A stretch of DNA of 64,000 nt from a virus, in IMG/VR virus record IMGVR_UViG_3300033149_001159, positions 4,739-68,738 of that record; one strand, written 5' to 3'. Every line of letters begins with the position of its first letter. Position 1 is the stretch's first letter. Below are positions 63,493 to 64,000 of this stretch, piece after piece. The translations under genes were made by a program, and so were the position numbers. Under the pieces are notes generated by a model. It made no database searches. It was given only the letters and a program-made list of their open reading frames with translations, and was not told the origin of the DNA.

Positions 63493-64000
63493 AGCCCACC
63501 TGGGAATCTGGCGACGTAAAGCTATATCTTGGGGATTGTCTAGAAGTGATGCAAGGGCTAGAAACTGACAGCGTGGACGCGGTGATTACTGACCCGCCGT
63601 ATGGCGAAACAGACTTCGCATTTGAAGCGAGCCTTAACTCCAATACGTGGATGGGCGTTATGCTCAACTTGGTTCATGCGGATGGGTACCTGGCCAGCTT
63701 CGGCTCAATTGAACTGTTGGGCGATATATGCAAGGTTTGGGCCAAGCGGTTTGGAGGCTTCTGGCTTAAGCCGAACGGAACGCCGCGTTCATACAATGCC
63801 AAGAAGCCGCCGAGTAAATGCGAGCCGTTCTGCGTATACGCCCACCCGAAGCACGTTATATCTAACCTCGCCTGGAATAAGATTAAGCTATCAGGCGAAC
63901 CCTGGAAAAAGGTTGAGCGCAACCCACACCAGCGCAGAAGCGGGCGGGATGCCCTGGACAGAAACGCAACATCCTCTTGGGGGCTCGCTGGGTACGTCAA
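63489..64000 (+). CDS. DNA methyltransferase, 3'-truncated (not in ORF track)
   Basis: GTG start overlapping upstream stop; LYLGDCLEVM..DSVDAVITDPPYG; frame open to window end. Confidence 0.85.
   Translation, partial: MKPTWESGDVKLYLGDCLEVMQGLETDSVDAVITDPPYGETDFAFEASLNSNTWMGVMLNLVHADGYLASFGSIELLGDICKVWAKRFGGFWLKPNGTPRSYNAKKPPSKCEPFCVYAHPKHVISNLAWNKIKLSGEPWKKVERNPHQRRSGRDALDRNATSSWGLAGYV

Overview
This window is most of a tailed dsDNA phage genome (Caudoviricetes), apparently cut from a circular map, with no host genes. A rightward late arm starts at about 49.3 kb, runs through terminase and a ~9.5 kb sugar-modification block to the window end, and apparently continues at base 1 (portal end, prohead protease/scaffold, major capsid, neck, tail, fibres) to 26.25 kb. 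A leftward early arm (49.0 to 26.3 kb) carries small accessory genes, an AAA ATPase, DNA methyltransferases, a replication initiator and a RuvC-like resolvase. The head module is T4 gp21/gp23-like, but the tail is siphovirus-type (frameshifted chaperone, TP901-type tape measure with SLT and two LysM domains, no sheath). The most notable feature is a likely virion glycosylation system: eight glycosyltransferase genes, a UDP-sugar 4,6-dehydratase, an acetyltransferase and SAM methyltransferases, all in the late arm, plus a nearly proline-free (Gly-Asp-Thr)-rich collagen fibre as a plausible substrate. Also seen: a tRNA-His-like element with a shrunken D-arm followed by a multi-hairpin RNA, an interlocking-hairpin leader before the replication genes, a stand-alone NrdD glycyl-radical domain missed by the ORF track, a family of modular paralogous small proteins, and 11-bp phased repeats at the divergence point. 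All product calls come from motif recognition by eye; no database search was run.
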